Shown here one piece after another: positions 9,619 through 20,838 of a DNA stretch of 64,000 nucleotides. The stretch lies in NCBI GenBank assembly GCA_049699715.1, contig JBNAVB010000001.1, forward strand, positions 808 to 64,807. Direction: 5' to 3'. The stretch is from Candidatus Pacearchaeota archaeon (GTDB lineage: Archaea > Nanobdellota > Nanobdellia > Pacearchaeales > UBA284). Position numbers and translations under genes: made by a program. Position 1 is the stretch's first letter; each line of letters begins with the position of its first letter. The notes beneath the pieces were generated by a model. The model was not told the DNA's origin. It saw only the letters and a program-made list of their open reading frames with translations, and did not search any database.

Positions 9619-11439
9619 ATGGCAACTAAAGTTGAGATTAAAGTAAAAGTCAGAGAGAAGAAACCAATACAAAAACCCGCGCCAGCTCTCGCTCTCTCGA
9701 ACATAAGGCAGCCAATTGTGACAGTTGCCGGGCATGTCGACCATGGCAAAACCACATTGTTGGATAGCATTCGAGGGACCTGTGTCGCGGCAAAGGAAGC
9801 CGGCAAGATAACACAAAAAATTTCTTTTACTCTTGTGCCTTCATCAATTGTCAGAGAGAGATGCTCTAAATTATTGGATAAATTTAATATTAAGCTTGAG
9901 ATTCCTGGATTTTTGTTTATTGATACTCCCGGGCATGCGGCTTTCACTAACTTGAGAAAAAGAGGAGGCGCTTTAGCCGATTTAGCAATACTAGTTATAG
10001 ATATTAACGAGGGGATTATGGAACAAACTCGCGAGAGCATTGAGGTTCTTAGAGCTAATAAAGTGCCTTTTATTGTTGCGCTGAACAAAATAGACAACAT
10101 TACGGGATGGACAAAACGAAGCGAGAGTTTAGTTGAAAATATAGAAAAACAGACAAAATTCACTCGTGAGGAATTTGACAAGAAACTTTACACGATAATC
10201 AATGGCTTCACAAGTTTAGGATTTGATTCTGATTTGTTTTATAGGATAAGCGATTTTACTAAACAGCTCGCGTTAGTGCCTTGCTCTGCCAAAACTTGTG
10301 AAGGGCTGCCTGAACTGATTGTAATGTTGGCTGGCCTTGCTCAGAAATTCCTGAAAGGAAGATTATTGATAGGGACAGAAGGCAAGGGCACTATACTTGA
10401 AATAAAAAAAGAAAAAGGATTTGTGACAATTGAGGCTGTGCTTTATGACAGCATTTTGACAAAGCGTGATACTTTGGTTATCGCGACTCTTGGAAAAGCT
10501 GTTGAAACCAAAGTACGAGCATTGTTCCGCGCTCTTCCATTAGGGAAAGGTTATGAACCTGCTGATGAAGTGCGAGCGGCAACTGGGATCAGATTATACT
10601 TGCCAATTACCGAAGAACTTGTTCCGGGCATGCCATTTATTGTTGTAAAGGATTCAAAAACAGAAAAAATCGCCAAGTTAAAAGAGTTGCTGCAGAAAGA
10701 GGTTGAGCAGGTTTTGAACCTTGATAAAGAAGGGATTATAGTCAAGGCAGATTCATTAGGCTCTTTAGAAGCTTTGCTGTTCTTGTTGAGAAAAGAGGGA
10801 GTGAGAGTAAAAAAAGCAGAGATTGGCAATATCAAAAGGCAGGATATTACACTTGCTGCGGCTAATCAAGAAACCCGGCCTCTAGAGACAGTCGTTGTGG
10901 GTTTCAATGTTGCACGAGAGGAAGGAGTGATGCCTGATGAAAAAGTCAAGATAATAGAAAGCGATGTCATCTACCATATAATCGAACAGTTAATAAAATG
11001 GCGACAGGAAAAAGCTCTGGAAATTGAACGGGAGAAGCTCGGAGGATTGATATGGCCTTGTAAAATCAAAATCTTAAGAAATTGTTGTTTCAGACAAAGT
11101 AAGCCAGCAATTTTTGGTGTAAGAATCGAAACAGGAATGCTAAAACCGGGAACATTACTGATTAATGAAAATGGCGAGGAAATTGACAAGGTAAAGGGAA
11201 TGCAAAGTGAAAGCAAGAGTGTTGAAAAAGCCATGACTGGCACAGAGCTTGCTATTTCTTTGCCCAATGTAACTTTCGGCAGACAAATTAAAGAAGACGA
11301 GACACTTTATGTAGACTTGGGTGAGGAAGAGTTCCGCAAATGGAAAGAAAACAAGAGATATTTGAACGGGAGCGAGATTAAAGTGCTTCAAGAAGTTGCC
11401 GAGATAAAAAGAAAAACCAAGGCGACCTGGGGGATTTAG
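9619..11439 (+). CDS. infB: Translation initiation factor aIF5B (IF-2)
   Basis: RQPIVTVAGHVDHGKT, DTPGH, NKID, KADSLGSLEAL. Confidence 0.97.
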   Translation: MATKVEIKVKVREKKPIQKPAPALALSNIRQPIVTVAGHVDHGKTTLLDSIRGTCVAAKEAGKITQKISFTLVPSSIVRERCSKLLDKFNIKLEIPGFLFIDTPGHAAFTNLRKRGGALADLAILVIDINEGIMEQTRESIEVLRANKVPFIVALNKIDNITGWTKRSESLVENIEKQTKFTREEFDKKLYTIINGFTSLGFDSDLFYRISDFTKQLALVPCSAKTCEGLPELIVMLAGLAQKFLKGRLLIGTEGKGTILEIKKEKGFVTIEAVLYDSILTKRDTLVIATLGKAVETKVRALFRALPLGKGYEPADEVRAATGIRLYLPITEELVPGMPFIVVKDSKTEKIAKLKELLQKEVEQVLNLDKEGIIVKADSLGSLEALLFLLRKEGVRVKKAEIGNIKRQDITLAAANQETRPLETVVVGFNVAREEGVMPDEKVKIIESDVIYHIIEQLIKWRQEKALEIEREKLGGLIWPCKIKILRNCCFRQSKPAIFGVRIETGMLKPGTLLINENGEEIDKVKGMQSESKSVEKAMTGTELAISLPNVTFGRQIKEDETLYVDLGEEEFRKWKENKRYLNGSEIKVLQEVAEIKRKTKATWGI

Positions 11440-11490
11440 CAACTATTGATTTTTAGATAGTTTTTTAAATAATCAAATCGAGAGATTATA

Positions 11491-12000
11491 ATGCAATTCA
11501 AATTAGACATTGGAGATCCTAAGAGCAATAGAACGGTGCACATAGAGACAAATAGCGATGCGTTTATCGGTAAAAAAATAGGAGACACTTTACTAGGAAA
11601 TGTGATTAAAGAGATCCCTGACTTTAAAGATTATGAGTTTGTTATAACCGGAGCGAGTGACAAGGCAGGATTTCCAGCTTTAAGCATTGTTGAAGGAGTT
11701 GGAAGAAAGAGAGTTCTTTTGACTAGAGGAAAAGGAATGAGAACCAAAAAGCCCAAAGGCCTAAGGCTAAGAAAGCTTATTAGGGGGAATACCATTGCAG
11801 AAGATATTATTCAAATCAATCTGAAAGTTTCAAAGCAAGGCACTAGGAGCTTTGATGAAATCTTTGGCAAGAAAGAGGAAAAAGCCGAGGAAAAGAAAGA
11901 AAGTAAAGAAGAAATTAAAAAAGAAGGAGCAGAAGGTGGGGCAAAAGAAGAGACGAAAGAAAACGAGAAGGAAGAAAATGCAGAAGAGAAGAAAGAGTGA
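11491..12000 (+). CDS. rps6e: 30S ribosomal protein eS6 with charged C-terminal tail
   Basis: ITGASDKAGFP, GLRLRKLIRGN, QINLKV. Confidence 0.95.
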   Translation: MQFKLDIGDPKSNRTVHIETNSDAFIGKKIGDTLLGNVIKEIPDFKDYEFVITGASDKAGFPALSIVEGVGRKRVLLTRGKGMRTKKPKGLRLRKLIRGNTIAEDIIQINLKVSKQGTRSFDEIFGKKEEKAEEKKESKEEIKKEGAEGGAKEETKENEKEENAEEKKE

Positions 12001-12093
12001 TTATTGACTTTTTCTAAATAAATCTTTATATAAGGAACTATTCTCAAATTGCTTGTGGCATAAGGAAATCTTAAATATTCAGATTCGTGAGAA

Positions 12094-13116
12094 ATGGGAA
12101 AATTCAATTCTCTTAACTTGAATCTTGAGAAAATCTTGGCTAAAGAAACAATTGTTCTGATGGATGCATCGTTTCTAACAAAGCGGAGGAACTTTTTCCG
12201 TGGGCTCTATGACAAAACCTCTTACAAAGAATTGGACGAGTACTCGCTTCGGAAAAATATAGAAATAATAAAGAAAGATTTGGAAGTTTTGAACAAACCC
12301 AAAATTATGGTTTTAGAGGAAACTTTAGAAGAATTGGTGGCGTTCCAAAAAATAATAAGCAGAAAAGCGTGTTATTTTAATTCAATGAGGAGATTTAACG
12401 GCGAGCTGGATAAAGAAAGTATTGACAATAAAAAGAGACTCTTTGAAGAGATATGTTTGCTTTCTTTAGAGAGAACAAAGATAGCAAAACAAAAAATTTA
12501 CAGACCCAAAAAAACCGAATGTTACGAGGCGTTTCTGGAGATTGTTAGAATAATAACAACTTCGGAGAAACTAAAGGGGCCGAAGAACTTCCCTGAGTGG
12601 TATAAAGCAAAGTCTTACCGGAAAGGGCCACTGAATCTACACACTGATGAAAAAATTATCGCGGCATTGCTAGAATCCATGTATGGTAAGCCTATTGCGG
12701 CTATAGGGAAAGATTACCATTTGAAAACTATCTTCAAGGAAGTTTGCGAGCTTTTGTTGTGCAAGGAACTTATGCCATATAACCACAGATTCTCACGATT
12801 AGCAAAAAAGAAGCCCGCTTCGCTCTATTATTACAACAGGCATTTTGACAAGGGAGAAATTTATTTTTTCAGAGAAAACCTCAACCCCGGATGGTATCTT
12901 TTTAGGACCTGGCATTTTAGTGGCAGAGAAAATTTCAAACTGATTTGCCCCTACGAAGAAGCTAGAAAAAAATATTTTATAGATATTGAACAACAGGAAG
13001 ACATAGCTAATGAAGCGGGTGAAAATGATAAAAAACTGAGGGAATTAAAAGCAAGGCATACAATCATAGACAATCTGATTAAAATTGACAAAGCAGACAA
13101 ACAGTGCACTTTTTAA
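12094..13116 (+). CDS. Divergent PIN-domain-like protein
   Basis: IVLMDASFL ... ETLEEL ... TDEKIIAA ... GKDYHL gives the D/E/D/D spacing of PIN nucleases. Confidence 0.5.
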   Translation: MGKFNSLNLNLEKILAKETIVLMDASFLTKRRNFFRGLYDKTSYKELDEYSLRKNIEIIKKDLEVLNKPKIMVLEETLEELVAFQKIISRKACYFNSMRRFNGELDKESIDNKKRLFEEICLLSLERTKIAKQKIYRPKKTECYEAFLEIVRIITTSEKLKGPKNFPEWYKAKSYRKGPLNLHTDEKIIAALLESMYGKPIAAIGKDYHLKTIFKEVCELLLCKELMPYNHRFSRLAKKKPASLYYYNRHFDKGEIYFFRENLNPGWYLFRTWHFSGRENFKLICPYEEARKKYFIDIEQQEDIANEAGENDKKLRELKARHTIIDNLIKIDKADKQCTF

Positions 13117-13173
13117 GAATATTGTTGTCACTTTAAAGGAAAGATTTAAATATATCTGAAGACCCTGTTTTTT

Positions 13174-13443
13174 ATGGCAAAAACAATACATAAGACTATC
13201 GAGATGATACTCGAAGATGGGGAAAGATATATAGCTGAGAGTAAAGACGACAAGTATTTTGTTTATCCAGAAGAGTTTCTTATTATACTGCAAGAGGCTT
13301 TAAATGAGGGCCTTGGCCCGGGAAGAGAGTTCCTCAAGTTAAACAGGATGCAAGAAAAGGGTAATTATGTCCATGATATTATGTACAGAGGGATTAATTT
13401 TATCACAGCTACGCCAAAAATGATTAAAGTTGATTATGAATAG
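13174..13443 (+). CDS. Small hypothetical protein, paralog of 13838-14065
   Basis: BRE/TATA (GAAAGATTTAAATA) about 22 bp upstream; shared GNYxHxxxYxG motif. Confidence 0.7.
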   Translation: MAKTIHKTIEMILEDGERYIAESKDDKYFVYPEEFLIILQEALNEGLGPGREFLKLNRMQEKGNYVHDIMYRGINFITATPKMIKVDYE

Positions 13444-13461
13444 TTAAATAGAGAAATAAAA

Positions 13462-13836
13462 ATGTCGCTAGCAAATTTAGTTTCGATATTGAGTTTATTT
13501 TCGCAAGCAAGTCAACCAATTGTGTATGAATTAATACTGCCCAAAGGCAAGTTGTGGGATATCAGCAGGGAATATGGAGTTAAGGAGCAGGTTGTCTCGT
13601 TAAACGCGGATTCTACACAAGACATTATTTATAGAAGGATAAATGAGGAAGGCGAAGCTACAATAGTTGATTTTGGAAAAGACGGAAAAGTGGATTATGT
13701 TTTGGTTGTAGATGGAAAAAATAATGAAATTAGGAATTACAATTCGAAAAATAAAAAAGATGAGCCAGGAATCATTGCAGCTGAAAACCTTTTGAAGGAC
13801 GTAATGAATTTTCTGAAAGGATCTCAAAAGAAATAA
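13462..13836 (+). CDS. Hypothetical secreted protein with DxxxDGxVD motif
   Basis: Short hydrophobic N-terminus; DFGKDGKVDY. Confidence 0.6.
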   Translation: MSLANLVSILSLFSQASQPIVYELILPKGKLWDISREYGVKEQVVSLNADSTQDIIYRRINEEGEATIVDFGKDGKVDYVLVVDGKNNEIRNYNSKNKKDEPGIIAAENLLKDVMNFLKGSQKK

Positions 13837-13837
13837 A

Positions 13838-14065
13838 ATGACGGAAGAAAGAACAAAGGAAAATTCGGGATTGGTTGCAATAACAAACATGGCGATTCCA
13901 ATAGAATTTGACACTTTCTGCGATGCTTTGAGATTGGGGGGTAAGCTTGTTTTGAAAAATGGGTTTCAGAAACATGAGAACGGGAATTATTTCCATGTTT
14001 TAGATTATAAAGGAACGACTTATATCACAACAACCGATTATCCTGTTATGGATTTCTTGATTTAA
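13838..14065 (+). CDS. Small hypothetical protein, paralog of 13174-13443
   Basis: GNYFHVLDYKGTTYITTT motif. Confidence 0.65.
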   Translation: MTEERTKENSGLVAITNMAIPIEFDTFCDALRLGGKLVLKNGFQKHENGNYFHVLDYKGTTYITTTDYPVMDFLI

Positions 14066-14105
14066 CTTCAATAAGATTTAAAAGTTCTCTTTCTTTTGTT
14101 CTGGG

Positions 14106-15344
14106 ATGCAAGAATCTCAAATCACCTTGACAAAACAACCATTGCTTAACATTGGGATAGTCGGGCATATAGACCATGGCAAGACCACTTTACTTTATCA
14201 GCTTACAGGGGTATGGGCTGACAAGCATAGTGAAGAGCTGAAGAGAGGCATAACAATCAAGTTAGGCTATGCTGACATAATTATCAGGAAATGTGAGAAA
14301 TGTAACAAATTTATTACGGGCAAGGAATGTGAATGCGGTGGCAAAGCTCGCGATATAGAGTATGTAAGTTTTGTTGATGCCCCCGGTCATGAGATGCTGA
14401 TGGCTACTATGCTCGGAGGCGCGGCTATAATTGATGCTGCATTGCTAGTAATTGCGGCTAATGAGCCTTTTCCTCAGCCTCAGACAAAAGAACATTTGCT
14501 CGCATTAGAAGCAAAAGGCATCAAACAGGTTATAATTGTTCAGAACAAACTTGATTTAGTTACAAAAGAACAGGCATTGAAACAATATAAGGAGATTAGG
14601 GCGTTTATCAAAGGAACGAGTGCGGAAAATGCAGTTATCGTTCCTATATGCGCGCAACAATCCATTAATATTGATGCGCTGCTTGAAGCGATAACACAGC
14701 TAAAAGTTCCACAGAGGGATGAGAAATCCAAACCATTGTTCTTGGTGGCTCGCTCATTTGATATCAATAAGCCAGGAACCAGGCCCAAGGATCTCCAAGG
14801 AGGTGTGTTAGGAGGCACTTTGAAGCAAGGCATTCTGAAAGTTGGCGATGAGATTGAAATCAAGCCGGGATTGTCTTCAAAAAAGCATGACCAGACAATT
14901 TACAAAACTATCAAAACTAAAATTTTAGCGATAAGGGCCGGGCATAATGATTTGAAAGAAGCTTTGCCCTCTGGCAGTTTGGCCATACAAACGAGCTTGG
15001 ATCCTTTTTTGACAAAAGCGGATTCATTGGCTGGCTGCATTTCTGGTTTAGTGGGCTCGCTGCCGGAAATTGTCTATAAAATAACCATCAAAGCAAACAT
15101 TTTCAAGGAAATTGTCGGAGCGAAAGAGAAAGAGGCTATCAAAATCGAGCCGCTTAAAACCAACGAGTTCTTAATGCTCAGTGCAAACACTGCTACTACC
15201 GTAGGGACTATAACAAAAATCAAGGGCAATGATATAGAGCTTGTGTTGAAGATTCCTATAGTTCCATTTAAAGGTGAGCGAGTTGGCTTGGCTCGTAACT
15301 ATCAGGGCCATTGGAGATTGATTGGCTGGGGCGAATTGCTGTAA
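14106..15344 (+). CDS. eif2g: Translation initiation factor aIF2 gamma subunit
   Basis: GHIDHGKT, HSEELKRGITIKLGY, DAPGHE, WRLIGWG. Confidence 0.97.
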   Translation: MQESQITLTKQPLLNIGIVGHIDHGKTTLLYQLTGVWADKHSEELKRGITIKLGYADIIIRKCEKCNKFITGKECECGGKARDIEYVSFVDAPGHEMLMATMLGGAAIIDAALLVIAANEPFPQPQTKEHLLALEAKGIKQVIIVQNKLDLVTKEQALKQYKEIRAFIKGTSAENAVIVPICAQQSINIDALLEAITQLKVPQRDEKSKPLFLVARSFDINKPGTRPKDLQGGVLGGTLKQGILKVGDEIEIKPGLSSKKHDQTIYKTIKTKILAIRAGHNDLKEALPSGSLAIQTSLDPFLTKADSLAGCISGLVGSLPEIVYKITIKANIFKEIVGAKEKEAIKIEPLKTNEFLMLSANTATTVGTITKIKGNDIELVLKIPIVPFKGERVGLARNYQGHWRLIGWGELL

Positions 15345-15402
15345 AGCAAAATATGTTTTCTCGAGCATAAATTGTTTTAAAGAAGCTTTAGTTGTTATTG
15401 TA

Positions 15403-15786
15403 ATGCCAAAATACAAATGCGGAGTTTGCGGCGAGGATGCGACTCATATTGCTGTAATTTATTATTCTTTCCCGCAGGATATAAGTGTTTCAACTGAACA
15501 TTTAACTTGTTCAGACAAAAACTGCCAAGATATAATCAGCATAGAGATAGTTGAAGGCTCGAGAAACAAGGAAGTTAGGATTTATCCCCTTAATATGAGT
15601 TCTTTAAAACAAATTCCTTATCAAGAAGAAAGAGCAAGATTAAAGGAAATTATCCTACAATGTGACTTGACTCGCGGACTCGAAAACAGAGCATCGCAGA
15701 GCTCAAGGCAAACAAAACAAGACAAATCCATTGCGAGAGAGCTAAGCCAAGGAAAATTGTTTCATACTCGCGAAGAAAGTCATTGA
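15403..15786 (+). CDS. Hypothetical Zn-finger protein
   Basis: MPKYKCGVCGEDATH...CSDKNC; ATG at 15403 preferred over the track start; 3' end overlaps lgt. Confidence 0.5.
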   Translation: MPKYKCGVCGEDATHIAVIYYSFPQDISVSTEHLTCSDKNCQDIISIEIVEGSRNKEVRIYPLNMSSLKQIPYQEERARLKEIILQCDLTRGLENRASQSSRQTKQDKSIARELSQGKLFHTREESH

Positions 15787-16444
15787 AGAAGCGGAAAAAG
15801 GAATAGAAGAGCAAGAAAAACAGAAAAAGCGAGCTAGGGTTTTCTAAAAGTTTTTTGAATCTCGTGTCGCGGCCTTTTTCTCTGATTTTTTTGAATCCAA
15901 GAAGAATAAAAAACGATGCAAGCGAGTAAAGAGATTCATAGAGCTGCGTTGGATGTCTCGCGAAATCGTCGCCAACTTTAATTGCCCAAGGCAACTGCGA
16001 TACTGAACCATAATCATCCCAGTTCAAGAAACAGCCAACTCGAGTTATTGCTATGGCGAGCAAAAGATAAGGAGCAACTAAATCAAGAATCTGTGTAAAA
16101 GTTATGTCTTTTTGCTTTCTTGTGTAAAGCCACACAAACAACAAGCTAAGAAAAGTGCCGTAACTTGTTATTCCTCCTTGCCACGTCGCTATAATCTCAA
16201 CGGGGTTTGCGATAAAATATGCAAGATGTTCCAGAACAAACACTAAACGAGGGCCAATAATTGCGCCTATCAAAACGAGCAAGGCAATATTATAGAGGTG
16301 TTTATCTTGAATTTTTTGTTTTTTGGCTTCTCGCCAGATTAACAATAAAGCTACAAGAAAGCCTATGACAAACATAAAACCCCAAGTGAACACTTTGAAG
16401 CTTCCTATCTGGAATAAAATGTGTAAGGGCTCAAATGAAATCAT
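15650..16444 (-). CDS. lgt: Prolipoprotein diacylglyceryl transferase (Lgt) homolog
   Basis: IIGPRLVFV, WQGGITSYG, RVGCFLNWDDYG, LPWAI, RHPTQLYES, FRFFNDFLR. Confidence 0.88.
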   Translation of the reverse strand: MISFEPLHILFQIGSFKVFTWGFMFVIGFLVALLLIWREAKKQKIQDKHLYNIALLVLIGAIIGPRLVFVLEHLAYFIANPVEIIATWQGGITSYGTFLSLLFVWLYTRKQKDITFTQILDLVAPYLLLAIAITRVGCFLNWDDYGSVSQLPWAIKVGDDFARHPTQLYESLYSLASFFILLGFKKIREKGRDTRFKKLLENPSSLFLFFLLFYSFFRFFNDFLREYETIFLGLALSQWICLVLFALSSAMLCFRVRESSHIVG

Positions 16445-16658
16445 AAAATAAAAAAAGAAAAGGGCTATAAAAAGTTATCTTTTAATTTTATTTGTTCAGT
16501 ATTCTGAATAAAATTTGTAAAAATAATGAAAATATCATCGATATCTTGAAAATACTAAAAGACAGGTAAAATACTAAGGGACAGATAAAAAATTTTCAGA
16601 CAATTGCAGACAATTTCGTCGTAGGAACTTCAAAAAGCTAAGCAATTACTTTTATCTT

Positions 16659-16904
16659 TTATTTTTCTCCTAGCCATATTTTTTCGAGCTGTTCTTTTTG
16701 ATAGCGCAATTTCTCATATTTCTTTTTATATTCCTCAAGTTCAGATGAATAACCTTGTTTCTCTAATTCAACTATTCTTTTTAAAAAAATTTCTTCTGGT
16801 TCGGAGTTATAAACAGCCGGAGCTTTCAAACTTCTTTTCATGGCTCCAAGCAATTCAGTCAACTCTGCTTTGAGTTCTTTCGGCAATTTTTGTTTTGATT
16901 CCAT
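16659..16904 (-). CDS. Small hypothetical protein
   Basis: ORF with a TATA box about 22 bp upstream. Confidence 0.6.
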   Translation of the reverse strand: MESKQKLPKELKAELTELLGAMKRSLKAPAVYNSEPEEIFLKRIVELEKQGYSSELEEYKKKYEKLRYQKEQLEKIWLGEK

Positions 16905-17018
16905 TTAATTTAAGTTTCCTTTGAGTTTTATATAGTTATTATACTACTATCAGATAGTAACAAATAGAAAGATTTAAATAGGGGTTTTGCCTCTATATTT
17001 TATAATAATTGATATAAA

Positions 17019-17393
17019 ATGGCAGAACAAGTCTTACATTATTTTGGAAGAAAAGTTTGGAGAAGAATCTTAGAGGAAACCTTAGAGGATTATGACATAC
17101 AATACAAAAAAGGGCCTTTTTATATAAAAGAAGAAGAACTGAGAACAAAGAATCATAGATATCGTACTGATAATGGATATATCGATGATGAAAAGGGGAT
17201 TATTGTTATTAACTGTGATTTGCCAAGAGATGAAAGAGAGATAACTCTGAATCATGAGCTGATCCATGGGAGATATCCAAATTTAAGCGAAAAGAAAGTG
17301 GAAAATTTGGCTCTGGAATTGTTCAACAAATATCAAATTGGTTATGATTTTTATAAATCGAGAAAACAAAAAACGAAAGGCAAAGAAAAATGA
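17019..17393 (+). CDS. Small HExxH zincin-like protein (ImmA/IrrE-like)
   Basis: GIIVINCDLPRDEREITLNHELIH followed by downstream Glu (EKKVE). Confidence 0.6.
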   Translation: MAEQVLHYFGRKVWRRILEETLEDYDIQYKKGPFYIKEEELRTKNHRYRTDNGYIDDEKGIIVINCDLPRDEREITLNHELIHGRYPNLSEKKVENLALELFNKYQIGYDFYKSRKQKTKGKEK

Positions 17394-18697
17394 GCAAAGA
17401 AAGAGAATTGAAAAGGAAACTGAAAAGTTGTTATAGAATTATTGAAAACGCGCAAAAGGATAGTGAGAAATATACCCTAAATGGCATTTTTAGAATGCTA
17501 GATGATCTTTATGAGGCGAAAAAAAAGATAGTTGAAATAGAAAAGGATTTGTCCCCATTCTCTCGGCCGCATCCACTTTTGGGTTTCTTTATAGGCATTG
17601 ATGCCGGAAGCTCTAAAGAGCTGGAAGAACTAGGAATTCAGAGTAATAAACAAATTTTAGATAGTGTAGTAGCAAATGAAATTTTGAATAGGATAATTAA
17701 CTATAACAAAGGAGCATTCCAAAATTTTGATGAACATTTAGAGTTTTTTTTAATGCAGAAGGATCCAGAAAGATTAAAAAGCAAAAGGAAAGAGAAAAAA
17801 AGTTTTTTTGATTTTTTGAGGGGGAATAAGAATAGCCAGATTGAAGATGAAAATGAAGATAAAAATGGGAAATACACGCTTAAAAATATTTTAGAAGAAA
17901 AATTTGAACTTAATAAAGAAAAATTAAAAAACTATTTTAATAATTTTGTAGAGCACTACTATGCTGCTCTAACAACCAATTTAAAGAAATTGTCTGGAGA
18001 ACTGAATGAATTAACACTTTTAGAAGAATTCGATTTCCTAAAGAAAATTTTAGATAAATTGAAAGAAATAGGCCTCGAAAAAAAGGTATATGTAAAGGAA
18101 GGGACTAAAGAAAGATACCTTGAGGATAAAGAAATCTTGGATATGGCAATTAGTTATGCTGAAAAGGAGTTGTCTTTTATAGAAAAAAATATTTTTTTAA
18201 TTAATGACTATAATTTTGAAAAATTTTTCTTTCAAGACGAAGTTCAAGAGCATTATGATTTCCTGAAAGATTTTGTCAAGGAACACAATGATGGGAGTTA
18301 TGTTAACCTTGTTGAAAGAATAAATAAAATTGGTGAAATTGTAGAAGTTAAGAAGAAAGACTTTTCAGAAAAATTGGGGAAAGTTCAGGATGGGCTTGAA
18401 AAAAGAGCTTTGGAAGAAGCAACTAAAGGAAATTCTTATTATAAGTCGGTGCTCAACGAATTTATTGGCCTTTCAATCAAATATAGCAAGGTTTTAGAAG
18501 AAGATGATAAAGAAATTGGAATTTTACCTAATCTTTATGATCCGGATGTTCACATTTCCGTAAATAATAAAAATCAAGGAGGAGTTTTGCCTCTCTATGG
18601 TCTTTATAAGAATTCCGGGGAGGGGAGTCTTGTTAGAACAGTTTTAGATATTGAACTAAACTACATAAGAAATAAAAATAAAACTCATGATAATTGA
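17390..18697 (+). CDS. Hypothetical AT-rich helical protein
   Basis: 435-aa ORF with ATGA overlap to the upstream gene. Confidence 0.7.
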   Translation: MSKERELKRKLKSCYRIIENAQKDSEKYTLNGIFRMLDDLYEAKKKIVEIEKDLSPFSRPHPLLGFFIGIDAGSSKELEELGIQSNKQILDSVVANEILNRIINYNKGAFQNFDEHLEFFLMQKDPERLKSKRKEKKSFFDFLRGNKNSQIEDENEDKNGKYTLKNILEEKFELNKEKLKNYFNNFVEHYYAALTTNLKKLSGELNELTLLEEFDFLKKILDKLKEIGLEKKVYVKEGTKERYLEDKEILDMAISYAEKELSFIEKNIFLINDYNFEKFFFQDEVQEHYDFLKDFVKEHNDGSYVNLVERINKIGEIVEVKKKDFSEKLGKVQDGLEKRALEEATKGNSYYKSVLNEFIGLSIKYSKVLEEDDKEIGILPNLYDPDVHISVNNKNQGGVLPLYGLYKNSGEGSLVRTVLDIELNYIRNKNKTHDN

Positions 18698-18856
18698 ATG
18701 AATAGTAATTGAAGGAATTGTTTTTAGAGGTGTGCTGCATGATCTATTCTATATGATTTATTCGGATTTTAATTCTCAAACGCTACTTATTATCTAGTGT
18801 GTTAATAATCTTTGAAAATTAATAATTATTGAAAACCATGCACCAGTGAAAAACCA

Positions 18857-18873
18857 GCGAAAGCTTTATAAAT
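18857..18873 (+). promoter_or_regulatory. rRNA operon promoter (BRE-TATA)
   Basis: GCGAAAGCTTTATAAAT about 200 bp upstream of the 16S. Confidence 0.7.
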
Positions 18874-19077
18874 TATAAACGCGCGTGGATTATACTAAAA
18901 TGTCACGAATGAGTGCCTTAATAGTCATACAAGTTAAGGTATGATGTTGTAATGGCAGTTATTCGTGAACTCGACGATTCTTTTAGAATAATGTAAGAAT
19001 TAAGTTAATGAGATGGGACAATTGCGGCTCAATTGTCTTTTTCGATGACTTGCTTAATGATTGCGACACCCAAATTA

Positions 19078-20535
<1,458 letters not shown>

Positions 20536-20729
20536 ATAAATTTTCTTTAAAAAAAGAAAATTTATATGGCAAATAAAATTAAAAAATCGGAGATAGTCGA
20601 TAGCGAGACTGCCTTTACAACAAATTTTTTAGGAAAGAAAAGTTAATTAAGGAAGCACCTAAAAAAATTTTATCAATAAAAAATCAAAAAATAAAAACTT
20701 TAAAAAGCTACAAGCTCTGAAAATAAGGA

Positions 20730-20838
20730 GGGCCTGTAGTTCAGCGGTAGAATGCCTCCCTTGCACGTGAGGGAAGTGTCCCTTCACAACTCTCACTAAG
20801 AACGGAGGAGGTCGTGGGTTCGATTCCCACCGGGTCCA
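20730..20838 (+). tRNA. tRNA-Ala(TGC) with a 37-nt intron at 37/38 (20766-20802)
   Basis: Cloverleaf with G3:U70; bulge-helix-bulge (BHB) formed by CTTG/TAAG with 3-nt bulges and GTGAG/CTCAC. Confidence 0.93.
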
